Assembly: GCF_006345805.1 (NCBI RefSeq)
Contig: NC_043014.1
Span: 16,120,001 to 16,184,000, forward strand
DNA: 64,000 nt
From: Octopus sinensis
Lineage: Eukaryota
Reading direction: 5' to 3'
Below are positions 38,600 to 51,475 of this stretch, in pieces. Numbering within the stretch: position 1 is the stretch's first letter; every line of letters starts with the position of its first letter. Below the pieces are notes generated by a model. It was given only the letters and a program-made list of their open reading frames with translations. It made no database searches and was not told the origin of the DNA. Made by a program: the position numbers and the translations under genes.

Positions 38600-39311
38600 T
38601 ATGGTGATTGTTCCACCTTTAAAGCTGATTGCTGTCTCTTTGTGCCTTCGCATTGTCAATGGCATTTTTGATTTTCTGTCCATGACCTCTCAGAGATAAC
38701 TATTCACACTCGTTGTAAGTCTGCTTGGTTTGAAACATCGGTGACAGACAAAAGTTGTAATTGACTGTGCGCTTCCAACTAGTCAGGTCTGTTAACATCT
38801 TCGCTCTTCCAATGCTACGGGGCATTATTTCAGTAGATATAATGACAACTGCAGTCACCAAAAGAGACATCTGTACGTCAGTGGATTTCAGTGATAAGCT
38901 TTTGTACAAAGTGGGTACCACTCCCTGAGTCTCCGTGATTGGAACCCAATGACAGTCTGAAGCGAGATGACAAGTAATAAGGTGAAACTGCTTTATTTCC
39001 GAGTGTTATTCTCCTAGAAAGACGCTGCGGCAACGGCTAGGGATCTCTCACTCCCAGTGGTCCTGGCCATAACTTTGAACTGCATCCGTTTGTGGGTCTC
39101 TGGTTCAGGAGCGACAGAATTTTGAGAAGTGTGGAGCCACTTCTTAGTTGCTATTGCTCCTAGGTTTATTTTGATTTGGTGTAGTAGCAACTATTAGGGT
39201 CCCACCTATGAGTTAACTAGCATATGTGATGATAATCCATCTGAAAGCAGAGGCAAAAATACCCTTGGTTGGTGTCAAGGCACGTAGTAAAACATACATA
39301 TACATACATAC

Positions 39312-39672
39312 GTATACAAACATTCTTTCACACACACACACGCGCGCGCACACACACACGCGCGCGCACACACACACATACATATACATACATGTACATA
39401 CACACACACCACATATATATAATACATATGTATGTATGTATGTATATGTGTGTGTGTGTGTATGTACATGTATGTATATGTATGTGTGTGTGTGCGCGCG
39501 CGTGTGTGTGTGTGCGCGCGGTGGTGTGTGTGAAAGAATGTATACAAACATTCTTTCACACACACACACGCGCGCGCACACACACACGCGCGCGCACACA
39601 CACACATACATATACATACATGTACATACACACACACACACATATATATATATACATATGTATGTATGTATG

Positions 39673-39675
<3 letters not shown>
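39312..39675. repeat. Direct-inverted-direct triplication of a microsatellite-rich ~100-130-bp unit
   Basis: GTATACAAACATTCTTTCACAC unit at 39312 and 39540 (offset 228), with a reverse-complement copy at about 39447-39541. Confidence 0.85.
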
Positions 39676-39768
<93 letters not shown>

Positions 39769-39777
39769 TATATATAT

Positions 39778-40741
39778 GGTTCTTGACTGAAGACTGAGGG
39801 TTTCGAATGTCCTGTCCGTGTTTATTGTATCGTCTTCTTGAGTAATACGTTCTTGTCCATGTTGTATTTTTCTACATACCTTAACATATATTCCAGGCGC
39901 CACGTACCCTCTTAACATTAATGTGAGCACATATTCTTAATAACTGGTACGACTCTTTGTTTGTCTCTCTCTCTCTCTCACTTTTACTTGATCTGTCCCC
40001 TTCTCTCTCTACTTATCCTCTTTTTCTCTTCTCTTTCCTCTGATTCTTTGGTCTAATCTTCCACTACCCTCCTATTTCTTTGTCTCGCTCTGCACTCACA
40101 GGTCGCTCTCCGACACCCATCCCTTCTCCTCTCTGATTCCTTCTTTCTCTCTCTTCTCTCTCTTTGTTGCGTTTGTCCCTCCTCTCTCTCTCTCCTCTCT
40201 CTCTCTCGTCCGTTGCTTCTCTTTCTTTTCTTTTCTCTCTTCTCTGTCACGTGACTGCTGGCCGAAATCTGCCTTTCAGCTTCTGACCAGCGTCGTGTTA
40301 ACATCGTTGTTTTTCGTCCGCCGCTATAGGCATCGCCGATAAGGCTCCTTTCCTTGCGCCAGAGAAAAAATTTGTTTGCTTGTTATCAGTCGTAAGACAC
40401 TTGTTGTTGTTTTCACCGTTAATGCTTCTGTATTTCATGTTTCTGTATTCCATTATTTTTTGTTTTTTTATATTCGTCCTTTTGCTGTCCTGGTGTCCGT
40501 ATGCATTCGATCCTTCTCCAGGAAATCTACGCTCCAGCTTAGTTTTTCTAATGCTCGTTGCTTAGTTTTTCTTGGAGGGCTGGCCGTGATCTAGTAATCT
40601 CAAGATTAATCAGCCGAAATTACTACGATGATCCGGTTCTTGACTGAAGACTGAGGGTTTCGAATGTCCTGTCCGTGTTTATTGTATCGTCTTCTTGAGT
40701 TATACGTTCTTGTCCATGTTGTATTTTTCTACATACCTTAA
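39778..40741 (+). mobile_element. Non-coding element with 107-bp terminal direct repeats, inserted in (TA)n
   Basis: 39778-39884 and 40635-40741 differ at one base; pyrimidine-rich interior; no credible ORF. Confidence 0.8.
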
Positions 40742-40830
40742 TATATATATATATATATATTATATACAGATAGATATATTTAAATAAATGTGTGTATACA
40801 CACATACATACACACACACACGCATAACAT

Positions 40831-41500
40831 TATTATTACGGCTTAGCTTTGCGAACGAAATTGATGAAGGGAGTCTGTTGACAGACTCCCTTCATCAATT
40901 GCTGATAACGCAAGTACAGAGCAATCAGGCAAGCTCAGCCACAGCAGCTCCAGGTGAAATTCTGTTCTGTGTTGTGTATTGGTGCGCTACAGTACTTCAT
41001 TAATCTTCTTTTAGCCTCAAGGTCGGCCCTGTGTGTTCTCGAAGTGAGAGACAGACTAGTAAATGGTGTGTTGTCAAAGCTTTTGATTGGAGTCCATAGC
41101 AGGTCACCAATATTTGCCAATGTTACGGACACCAAGTGCTGTTGTGAACATAACAGCATGGCCTCAATACTGGTGACTTCCACCTGTTAGTGGATTTGGT
41201 ATTAATATTACTTCAGTGGATGTTGAGGAGGGTATAGAGGCAGCACTACTGGTAGCCTTCAAGGAGTCCTATGTAGTGACGGTGGATACTATTCAGAGTT
41301 GTTCAGCAGGGTTGACAGTACCACGATTCTGTACATGCTGATCGTTGAACCTCTTCTCATATACTTATTGCTCTAGACTCTTTTGTACAGCCTGAAGAAT
41401 GCACTGTTCGCTTTTCTCGTCAGTTGTCAACATCTTTTTCGATCTTGGTATCCGATGAGATGATGCTCTGCAAGCAACTGAATTGGTGGACTATCTTCGG
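40831..41500 (-). mobile_element. RTE/BovB-type LINE 3' fragment
   Basis: Broken frames give SSDTKIEKDVDN..NSAFFRLYKRV..ISMYRIVVLSTLL..HRADLEAKRR; 3' end TTCGTTCGCAAAGCTAAGCCG followed by (TAA)n. Confidence 0.75.
40859..40900. repeat. Perfect palindrome, 20-bp arms with a 2-nt loop
   Basis: AATTGATGAAGGGAGTCTGT-TG-ACAGACTCCCTTCATCAATT. Confidence 0.95.
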
Positions 41501-43153
41501 CTGTATCCCACGTATATAAAATAAGGAGGGGGTTAATATTCTTTTCCTTCTAATAAATCAAATTTTAAATTACATGTCCAATATAAGAAAACCCTAATAT
41601 ACTATCATACAGCTAATGAAGATTTAGAGTTAATAGAAGTACCACCGACGTTACGATGTTAGTTCAAGTGCAGCTCACACACACACTCACACACACATTC
41701 ACACACACACACACAAGCACACACACATACATACACACACGCACGCATGCACATAGACACAGACATAGGAATAAACACAGGCATACAGACACACGTGTGC
41801 GCACGCACCTCACAACGCACACCTCACACACCTAACATGCACCTCACACACCTCACACACACCTCACACACTTCACGCACACACCTCACACATCCCACGC
41901 ACGTACTTCTCACACCTCACGTACATATCTATAAATACATACATAATTCACAAAGGATATATATATATATATCTACGCATATAACACCGATTAGGTGTAT
42001 TTCCGCTCTTCACATATCACAAACATGATCAATGAGATGCTGATAAGGTTACCTATAGATGTAAAGAGAATACAAGCTCATACACATTCTCAGTTCTACA
42101 CAAACCTCACATAAATAATACAACATGAATGTGATTGTAGTGGATCGTCTAGTTGTCCTCTCAATAGAATATGTCCATCGAAAGAAATATCATTAAAGAG
42201 CGCATACACAGAATCCGTAGATCGTACAGTAAAGACTTATATAGGGTTAACCAATAACACTTTTAAAATAGCTTCCCGATTTATACTTACTCGTTTACAT
42301 TCAGGAACGAAAGCGGAAGAGAGCTAGAATGTTAAAACTTAGTGCGCATGCACAGTAGACTATCTCTCTCTTTCTCTTTCTCCCTCTTCCTCCTTTACTC
42401 TCTCTCTTTGCTCACACGTGACCATCGTCCATTTTTCTTTTTCTCAAGTGATCATCTTTCTTATCTGTCTCCTCTCCTATCTTTTCTCTTGTCAAAGAAT
42501 ATTCCTCCAGCATTCGCTACCTTACCTCGTCTGGCCTATTGGCCCTCCATGTTTGTTTTCGTTTGATCTGTTGTATGTCCCCACTGTCCTGTTTTTGTTA
42601 TCAACTTTGACCCTCCGCAAAATCACAAATTTTATTTCGGTTCGCGGGAGCAACTGTTTTTCGAAGCTTCATATTGTCGTTAATTGCTCGAAATGTGGAG
42701 TAGATGACAGTAGAACAGCCAACAACTGATGAAGGGTCGTTCTTTATGTTACTTGTCTTGTTTTTCAATTGTTTCTCTCTGTTGTTCGCATACCCAAGTT
42801 TACCTTCGTATTTCTCGTTGTTAACGTATTACATGTTGTTTACATTTTGTGACGTCCTGTACCCATATATGCTTATATATATAGATATATATATCGATGA
42901 TGGGCAAAGACCCTGAAACATGCGTGTCTCTAGATGCAGGCCTAGCTGTTGGGGGTATTTGTCTCCCCTTCGTAAATATATAAGGACACAGGAAATGTGT
43001 CGAAGCCAACAGGAAGCGTCGATGCTTCCTAGGGCTAAACAGCGGTGGTGTAATCCCCTACTGTCACGTTAAGTTGACAGTATACAACCACTCTATCGCC
43101 CCACCACCGTACATATCTCTATGAGATATTAGAAATTTAATATTTCTGGTATA

Positions 43154-43232
<79 letters not shown>

Positions 43233-43320
43233 ATGTATGTATATAAATCCTTAAATCCTTTAAAATGTTTTAGCCCGAAGGCCGCGGCCATGTTGGGGCA
43301 CCACAGCTGAATGAGCTACA

Positions 43321-44547
43321 CTAATATGTGAATCCACCTCTGATACGTGGCACTTGATCAACAAGGGAGTTCGATGCTGCTGCCCGCATCTGTGTCTCCT
43401 GTCGTGAGGTAGGTTCATCTGGGACCCCCGACAAGAAGAGATCCAGTTTAGTTTTAAAGAAACCCACATCCACACCATGTAAGTCTCTCAGGCATTTAGG
43501 GAGGATGTTAAAGAGCTGTGGTCCTCTGAAACCCAAGCTGTTGCAGTATCTGGACCTGTATTGTGATGGTGATGTTGGAATCTTTGGCACCATGCAGTGG
43601 CGCCCCGTTCCGCGGTTGGGGTAATTTTGAATGCCAAAGTTTGGGACAAGACCCTCCAGGATTTTCCAGATGTATATCACCGCATATCTCTCCCGCCTCC
43701 ACTCTAGGGAGAAGAGGTTTAATACTTTCAGTCTTTCCCAGTAGCTGATATTTTGTATTGATACGATCTTCTTTGTGTAGCTTCTTTGAATTGCTTCGAG
43801 TTCTGCTGTTAGTTTTATATTGTGTGGTGACCATAGTTGGGAGCAGTAGTCGAAGCGGCTGAGGAAGAATGTTTTCCAGAGGACCATCAGTGTCTCCTTC
43901 TCTCTTGTTCTGAAAGTTCGGAGAATCCATCCAGCTAGCCGTCTGCATTTTATCACCAGATTAGTAATATGCACTTGGAAAGATGCATCATTGCTCATGT
44001 CAATGCCCAGGTCATGCACTGATTTTGACTCAGGGATTGCAATTCTTCCTGGGCCAGTGTATCCAGTCTGCATGTCGTTTACCTTTGTGTGCCGGTAGCG
44101 CAGGGCCTGGAACTTACCTGCATTAAACTGCATGTTGTTGTTCTCAGCCCACCTGTATATTGTATCCAACTCCTGTTGCAGATGCGCAATATTTTCAGGG
44201 TTTTGCATTGTGTGGGAGACTTTTGTGTCATCTGCATAGCTAGCAAGGGTGGCTATCGTAGCAACTGAAGGCATGTCTGAAAGGGCCCCTATGAACAGCA
44301 GTGGCCCCAAGACAGTGCCCTGTGGAACACCGCTTGTTATTTGTGTTTCCTTGGAGGTGGCTCCATTGCTCACAACTGCCTGTCTTCTGTCTTTTAGGAA
44401 GTTGTGCATCCACTCTCCAAGTTTTCCGCCTATGCCGAGACCACGCAGTTTGTGACAGATCATACCGTGGTTGACTTTATTAAAGGCTTTTGCAAAGTCG
44501 AGATATATTACATCCACATTTGAGCCATTTAGTAGCTGTTTTAACAC
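43321..44547 (-). pseudogene. LINE ORF2 reverse-transcriptase segment
   Basis: 408-aa open frame with YADD; preceded by an in-frame TAG at 44548-44550. Confidence 0.95.
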
Positions 44548-44756
44548 CTAGTCATAGTGTTGCAGGAGCTGTGTTAGGCAGCTTCTACCTGGTCGAAATC
44601 CATGCTGGGTGTCAGACAGCAAGTCATTTTCTTCAAGGAACATGATTAGTTTCTTGCGGACTATTCGTTCCATGACTTTGCTGATGTGTGAGGTCAGAGA
44701 GATAGGCCTATAATTTTTAGCATCTGCTCTGCTACCTCCCTTATGGATAGGGCATA

Positions 44757-45521
44757 TTACCCCTTTTTTATTTTGACTGGGAGCTTACCACTTGCAAGAA
44801 AGCTCTGAAAAAGAAGCTGTAGCGGTTTTGCAAGGGCTCGTTTGTACGATTTGTGAAGGATCGCTGGAAATCCATCAGGTCCAGCAGCTGAGTTTGTGTC
44901 AATCTCATCTATGGCTAGTGTGATATCATCATCTTCAATGTTGATGTACTCAATTTTTGCTTCTTTGGCCGCAGGTAAAGTGGCAAAGAATTCTTCTGGG
45001 TTGTTTACTTGCCTGTGTCCTAGAGGTGTAGTGAACACACTTTGGAATTGTTCGTTCAATATTTCACTTATCCTCGTGGGATTTCCTGTGAGAGAGCCAT
45101 CTTTTTGGAAGAGAGGTCCTATTCTCTGGTGCACTGTGGCTGTCTCTTTGGCGAACTTAAAGAAAGCTTTAGGGTTTGATTTTATATTTTCTATTACCCA
45201 AGCTTCTTTATCTGCTCTCTCCTTTTCATGGGACTGATGCAGACTTTTCTCAATTTCCATTAGCATTCTCTCGAGCCGAGACTTCTCACCACTTTTGGTG
45301 TGCTTGCTCAGGCGGTTCGCAATCCTTCTCCGTCGTCTCATAAGAATCTTCCTTTCTCTAGGGATCCTGTTTTTGTTTTTGTGTGTGCTGGCCCTGCACA
45401 CTGGGACATATTTGTCATATATGGCTTGTATTATGGACATGAAGTGTTTGTGTTTCATGTTTATGTCCGGTGTGGAGAGACATTTAGGCCAATCCTGTTT
45501 GAGGATCTCTTTCTCAATCAA
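44757..45521 (-). pseudogene. LINE ORF2 linker segment
   Basis: 254 aa including NPKAFFKFAK, ILNEQFQSVFT and SAAGPDGFPAIL; frameshift at about 44760. Confidence 0.9.
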
Positions 45522-45615
45522 CTTCCAGTTTGCTTTATGAAAGTTTAAGTTGGAGAGATGGTGGATGCTTCGTATAGGCTGTGTCTATGGGGGCTTTTGT
45601 TCCATACATAGACAG

Positions 45616-46212
45616 CTATGTTATGTTGTGATCCGAGATCATTGTCGGCATCACATTAACATTATGGATAATATCCATATTGTTTGTGAAGCAGAGATCC
45701 AGTATATTATCTGCCCTTGTTGGTTGCAGAACTATTTGCTCCATGAAAGAGGCATTTGTGAGATGGAGCAGGGACTCTGACTGTGCCTGCTGATGATGTG
45801 TCATCCATGAGAGCATCTGCCCCCCAGGCCATTCCACATTGGGGAAGTTAAAGTCACCCATGAAGAATACACTGTTGTGTTGTTCAAGGTTGGTGAGGAC
45901 TTCTATTTTTGTTAGGCAGTCTTCAAACATGCCTGAGTGATTTGGGGCATCTGGTGGGCGATATGTAGTGCATATGACGATATTCAGTTGTCTTATGTGT
46001 ACAATTTGAGTGTCACACACTGAGTTTGAATATGACAACAGGACCTGGGGTGTGAGGTCATCTCGGATGTACATTGTAACTCCACCATGGCTCCTCCCTT
46101 TTCTATCTGAGCGTATGACTGCATATTGCGGCATGTGTATTTCTGCATCCCCTATATCGGGTCCAAGATGCGTTTCTGTGAGTGCCATGCATATAGCTTG
46201 ATTGCATGTCAC
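45616..46212 (-). pseudogene. LINE ORF2 AP-endonuclease segment
   Basis: ORF-track 198 aa with APE motifs; ends at a premature TAG. Confidence 0.9.
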
Positions 46213-46268
46213 AAGGTCTCTCAGGAATATATATGTATATCTATCTATCTATATATCTATTTGTCTAC

Positions 46269-46386
<118 letters not shown>

Positions 46387-47232
46387 CTCTCTCTCTCTCT
46401 CTCTCTCTGTATATATATATATATATATATATATACATACACACACATATATATATATATACATACACACATATATATATACATACATACACACACATTC
46501 GTACAAACATACATATGCATTTGTGTAAGTATATAGTTTTTTAGCTTGTTCATCTAAGAAAAGATTAATTACACTCAAATCCTGCTTCCTGATAGGTATC
46601 GGTCTCGTTGCAGTTGTTGCACCAGGTCAATACAAGTTTGAAGGACAAGACAGTGGTATGGCATTGCACTAACTTCACCCAACTATAGTAACAGTCATCG
46701 AGCAAATTGTTCAGAAAAATAAGACATCATTCCCAATGCCATTTTATCTTGTTCATAAGTTCAGTGGCGATAGGAAAAGAGGCGACGGGAAAAGGGAGAA
46801 GGTGTTACGGGAAGTTTTCAGTTTTGACCCAGTACACGGGCGGCTATAGGGTGCTTGTCTTTCTGTCTGTCTGGATGGATGTATATATGTAGAGCAGCAT
46901 CAGCACCAAGCAGTGATTAGGAATAAACGAACTTTAGGTTAGTTAAAATGTTTGTGACATTTCTTCTAAAGAAGAAATTTCACTGCAGTTACCAAGGAGA
47001 AAAAAAAAATCCTCTCTTATGGTAAAAGGTGTAAAAAACACCATATCTGCCCAGTGCTTCTCCTTTCGGATTCCCAGATGCGTGTTTCTGGCTATTTAGC
47101 CTTCTTGAATAGCGTCTCTCTCTCTTCATATAATACAAACAGCCATGTATGTATGTTTGCATGTATGTATGTGCGTGTCTGATTGTCAGTATATTCGACG
47201 CATCTAATTGAAAGGGTATACGCGCGCGCGCA

Positions 47233-47277
<45 letters not shown>

Positions 47278-47919
47278 GCATGCACACACACACATGCCTA
47301 TGTGTAAGCAGGATGACAGCGTCCCCAAAGACCTTCTCTATATAACACTCACATCCGACAAAAGCATAATTAGTCGTCCGCAATTGCAATAAAAAATTGG
47401 CTGCAAGTAGGACGCGAAAGCGTTTGCTATAACATGAAAGAGTAGAAAGAACATTTTTAACATTCGACTGGTGTTTCAGCCGTGACAATCCCAACATCCT
47501 TCCGGAATATTATATCCTGGTATAGAGTTATCCAGTGTACTGAATAATTTTTTTGATTGTAGATTTTTAGAAGGTAGGATGAAATTTGAAGAAGATTTGG
47601 CTTCTATTTTCTAGCAGGTTGATTGATCGCTTGCATAGAGACTTCGTCTTTGTTGCCTATTCAGATTTATGGGTCTGTAGATTAAATTTCATTGCTCATA
47701 GCAACCAAGTCTCACTTAAACCACGAGTGACAGTCTTAAAAATAAAAGGGAAAGGTCAGAGTAAATAAAGAAGTTTTTGAACAGCGATGTCGCTTAAAAG
47801 ATGGGATGGTCATGGACGGAACGTCATTAATCACAAGCTTACTCCACCATGTCGGTCCTATAGCTAAATAACAATAGAGACCACTAAATAATAATGTTAA
47901 CTACTTCGATCAGAGTTGG

Positions 47920-48292
47920 CCTGGAGCAAGGCAGTAGCAACAGCGTACTCTTTCACCACAACTTTCTCTCACTCTTTCTTCCTACTTCTGTCACAAAGCA
48001 GAGGAACCATGGTGTAACCCACTATGGTGTGGTGAAACTTTCAGACCCTAGTCTAGATTGCGAATCCTCTGTACCCCAGGATGGTTCAGCTCTCCACCCG
48101 TTAAAAACCACCGTTTAGAGAATGAAGATAACAACGTAGCTTTCGCGCCCGTGCAACCGCCAGTCTATCGCGTGTGGTAGGGTGGATCTTCAAGTTGCCA
48201 CACGCATTCTTAGTAGCTTAGAGTAGGCTCGAATTAGAGATTATTCTTTGTGGCTAATGGCGTGAGTCATGACTAGAAGAAGAAGAAGAAGA
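47920..48292 (+). mobile_element. SINE-like element: family-B internal module with a third tail ending in (AAG)n
   Basis: GTACTCTTTCACCACAACTTTCTCTCACTCTTTCTTCCT shared with families B and F, then unrelated sequence to GAGTCATGACTAG(AAG)n. Confidence 0.6.
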
Positions 48293-48946
48293 AGCAGTAA
48301 CAGCAGCAGCAATAGCAGCAGCGCAAGTTGCAGCAGTAGCGGCAGTAGCAACAGCAGCAACAACAACAAACCCAAAAACTTCTAGGTCCCAGCCATTTCA
48401 TCATCTTTCCAAGTATGCTCATAGAAAACAACTTCTGGAATTTTTTATTGGGTTAAAGATTTGGTTGTCATTGTAACAGGTCGATTAGTTAGATAGAGGA
48501 ATAGCATATCTCGGAGTACTTGATTTTCCGGCCGTACCCAGACCTTTCATTAGCTGCATAGTAGAAGAAAATGTTTATATTATTTTTATTTAGTGACATG
48601 TCAGTCCTCATCGAGTGTACCAATGATTAAAGCCATTTCAGGCGAGATTTTCTTGTCTTCTTCATAAGTGCAGAGAACCCAGGATCACATTATTCAATTA
48701 TCTGTAACAATCTAAACAAACTGCATAGTGGCATCCTCGTGGCTCGACCAGAAGAAAATTTGCTGGTCAATGTAATAGAGCGAGAAGGTAACCTTGCAAT
48801 ATTATTTAGTTAAAATGAAAAGTGTGATTGCAAGATTTGAAAAATTGAAACATTACAAACAGACTTATACATGCACACACAAGCATATGCGCACAGACAT
48901 TAAAAATTAAACGGATCATATTTGAACAATAATTGAAATTGGAGCA

Positions 48947-49064
<118 letters not shown>

Positions 49065-49456
49065 ACAAACACACACACACGTATATAGTAAAGATTCACA
49101 CACCAACTCACTACAGTCACTAATTCACAGATATGATGTTCTTTTCTCTTTGTCTTGTACACTTGTGCCAGTACAACAACGACCATTTATCGACAGCACA
49201 TTTGTGGAAGTATATAGCTTTTTAGCTTGTTCATCTAACAAAAGGTGAATTGCACCTCAAATTCAGCTTCCTCATAGGTATCGATCTCGTGGCAGTTGTT
49301 GCAGCAGGTCTACACATTTATACATACATACATACATACATACATACATACATACATACAGACAGACAGACAGACAGACATGCAAACATACATACATACA
49401 TACATACATACATACATACATACATACATACATACATACATACATACATACATACA

Positions 49457-49488
<32 letters not shown>

Positions 49489-50659
49489 CATACAGTTCCT
49501 GGCTTTGGTGTTAAAAGAAAATACAGGGCTATCAGTTAATTATGATTTTATTCAACATATTTCCCTCTCAGATTCACGTACTTATTGCAGCTGTTCTTGA
49601 GTTTTTCTAAGGCCTGTAAAAGAATTCGGAAGGTTGGGCCTTCAACCAGGCCTTTCGCGACACCCTTATAGCCAGGAAAATTTTAGTACCACCTCATATA
49701 TAGGCGCGCGCGTGTGTTTTGTGTGTTTGTATGTTTGCATGTATATATCTATGTATGTATTTGTTTGTAAGTTCCAAGCATAGCCGAATGCTTAAGAATG
49801 TCGGTTTTCAATCACAAAATATCTCGGGTTCGATCCCATTGCGAGGCATGATGGGCATGTATCTTTCCCCATAATCTTGGATTGACCCAAATCAAATGAA
49901 ATTTGGTGTACGGAATCACTGTGTGGACAACAGTCAAATGGATTGTACCTGCAATTTTAAAAGTTCGCCCATGTTACGCACCTGTCACGCTGATAAACTA
50001 CGTGAGAACTACGATAACGAAACACGTGTTTGTGAATGCATTGCTACCTTCAGGCATGGGCACCTGGGTGGTTGATATGGGGCCCCACGAGTCTAGGGAC
50101 CAAATTCTGTGCCTTGCTGTCAATAAATAATGCTATAGAGCCAGTTCATCGATTTGCCAGTGGCACTGGGGGCTATAACACTGCTGAGACAGCCCCGCCT
50201 ACATGCTTATTCAATGAACAGGTGGTTGAGTATACCGAGCAATTGAATACTCATCGTCGAAAGCGCCAGAGATCCATTTGCTCTATGTATGTGCGCATGC
50301 GCCTATTTTGTGAGCCCACATTTTCAGCACACTTCTTATCTCACCTCACATTTTATTCTATTCACTCTTTTTGACTTTTTTATCTACGAACTTTTATAAC
50401 ATCCAAAGATTGCTAGTATCATTAAATCATCGCTTAATCAATTGAAGTTGCTTTTGTTATTGTTGATGTTGTTAGTGTTAAAAGATGTTGATAATGATGA
50501 TGGCAGTGGTGCAGCGTTTTGCTCTTGGTTGTTGCTGTCCTTGTTGTTATTGTTGCCGTCGAACTGTTTCATTGTTCACGGTATCATTGCATTTGTGCTT
50601 ATTGAGAAAGTTGGTGTTAAAGTAGCGGTGACGGTGGCGGTGGTGATAACTCTTGTTAC

Positions 50660-50670
50660 GTGACGTTGTT

Positions 50671-50703
<33 letters not shown>

Positions 50704-50817
50704 GCTGCTGCTGCTGCCAGCGTTGTCTTTATTTTTATTATTGTTGTTGCTGTTGACCCATCAGTAAGCAAGAGCAGCAGCAGCTGCAACAGTATCATCA
50801 TCATCATCATCATCATC

Positions 50818-50869
<52 letters not shown>

Positions 50870-50964
50870 ACAATAGCAGTACTAGTAGTAGCAGCAGCAA
50901 TAATAACAGCAACAGTAGCAACATTAGTAGCGGTAGTGGTAGTTGGTGTAATAGTAGTAGCTGA

Positions 50965-51044
<80 letters not shown>

Positions 51045-51070
51045 CAGTAGTAGTAGTAGTAGTAGTAGTA
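50660..51070. repeat. Compound trinucleotide microsatellite (GTT/GCT/CAT/AGT/CAG)
   Basis: Direct reading of the sequence. Confidence 0.95.
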
Positions 51071-51411
51071 AGGCGGCGAAAAGGCAGTCATGAGATCGAG
51101 GGGACAGAATGTTTCGCAGAGAGTCTGAAAATATTGTTCCGGCTGTTCCGAGTTCAAATCCAGCTGAAGGCAAGTTTGCCTTTCATTCCTTCTTTGTCGA
51201 TAAATCAAGTAACAGTGCAGTATTGGGATCGCAATTCCGCCCCCCCTCTGTTTCTCTCCTTCTCCCCTCTCTCCCTCTCCCTCTCTGTCTTTCTCTTTCT
51301 GTTTTGAAATCGGCTGCCTGAATGGGCGAAAGACGGAACGTTCAGCTTACTGCTTCTCTGATCAGCTCACCACTACTTTGTGGACATGACAAGAAGAAGA
51401 AGAAGAAGAAG

Positions 51412-51475
<64 letters not shown>

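Larger units (their letters stand above)
43244..46228 (-). mobile_element. CR1-group LINE, 5'-truncated within the endonuclease, 3' end intact
   Basis: APE endonuclease (ALTETHL, YRPP, MGDFNFP, PTRADNILDL, SDH); RT (KNYRPISLTS, QHGFRPGRSC, YLDFAKAF, SGVPQGTVLGPLLF, YADD); 3' UTR ending CATTTTAAAGGATTTAAGGATTTA. Confidence 0.95.

Noticed and set aside
38700-39240. GC-richer unique-looking stretch with short ORFs
   Set aside because: Stops in all frames and no recognisable domain; left unannotated.
40570-40670. Two partial HHR-like motifs near the right repeat of the 39778 element
   Set aside because: The core or GAAA is degenerate and stem I cannot be formed; mentioned only as weak support.
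43508-46201. Alternative-frame and antisense ORFs over the CR1 LINE
   Set aside because: Shadows of the ORF2 reading frame.
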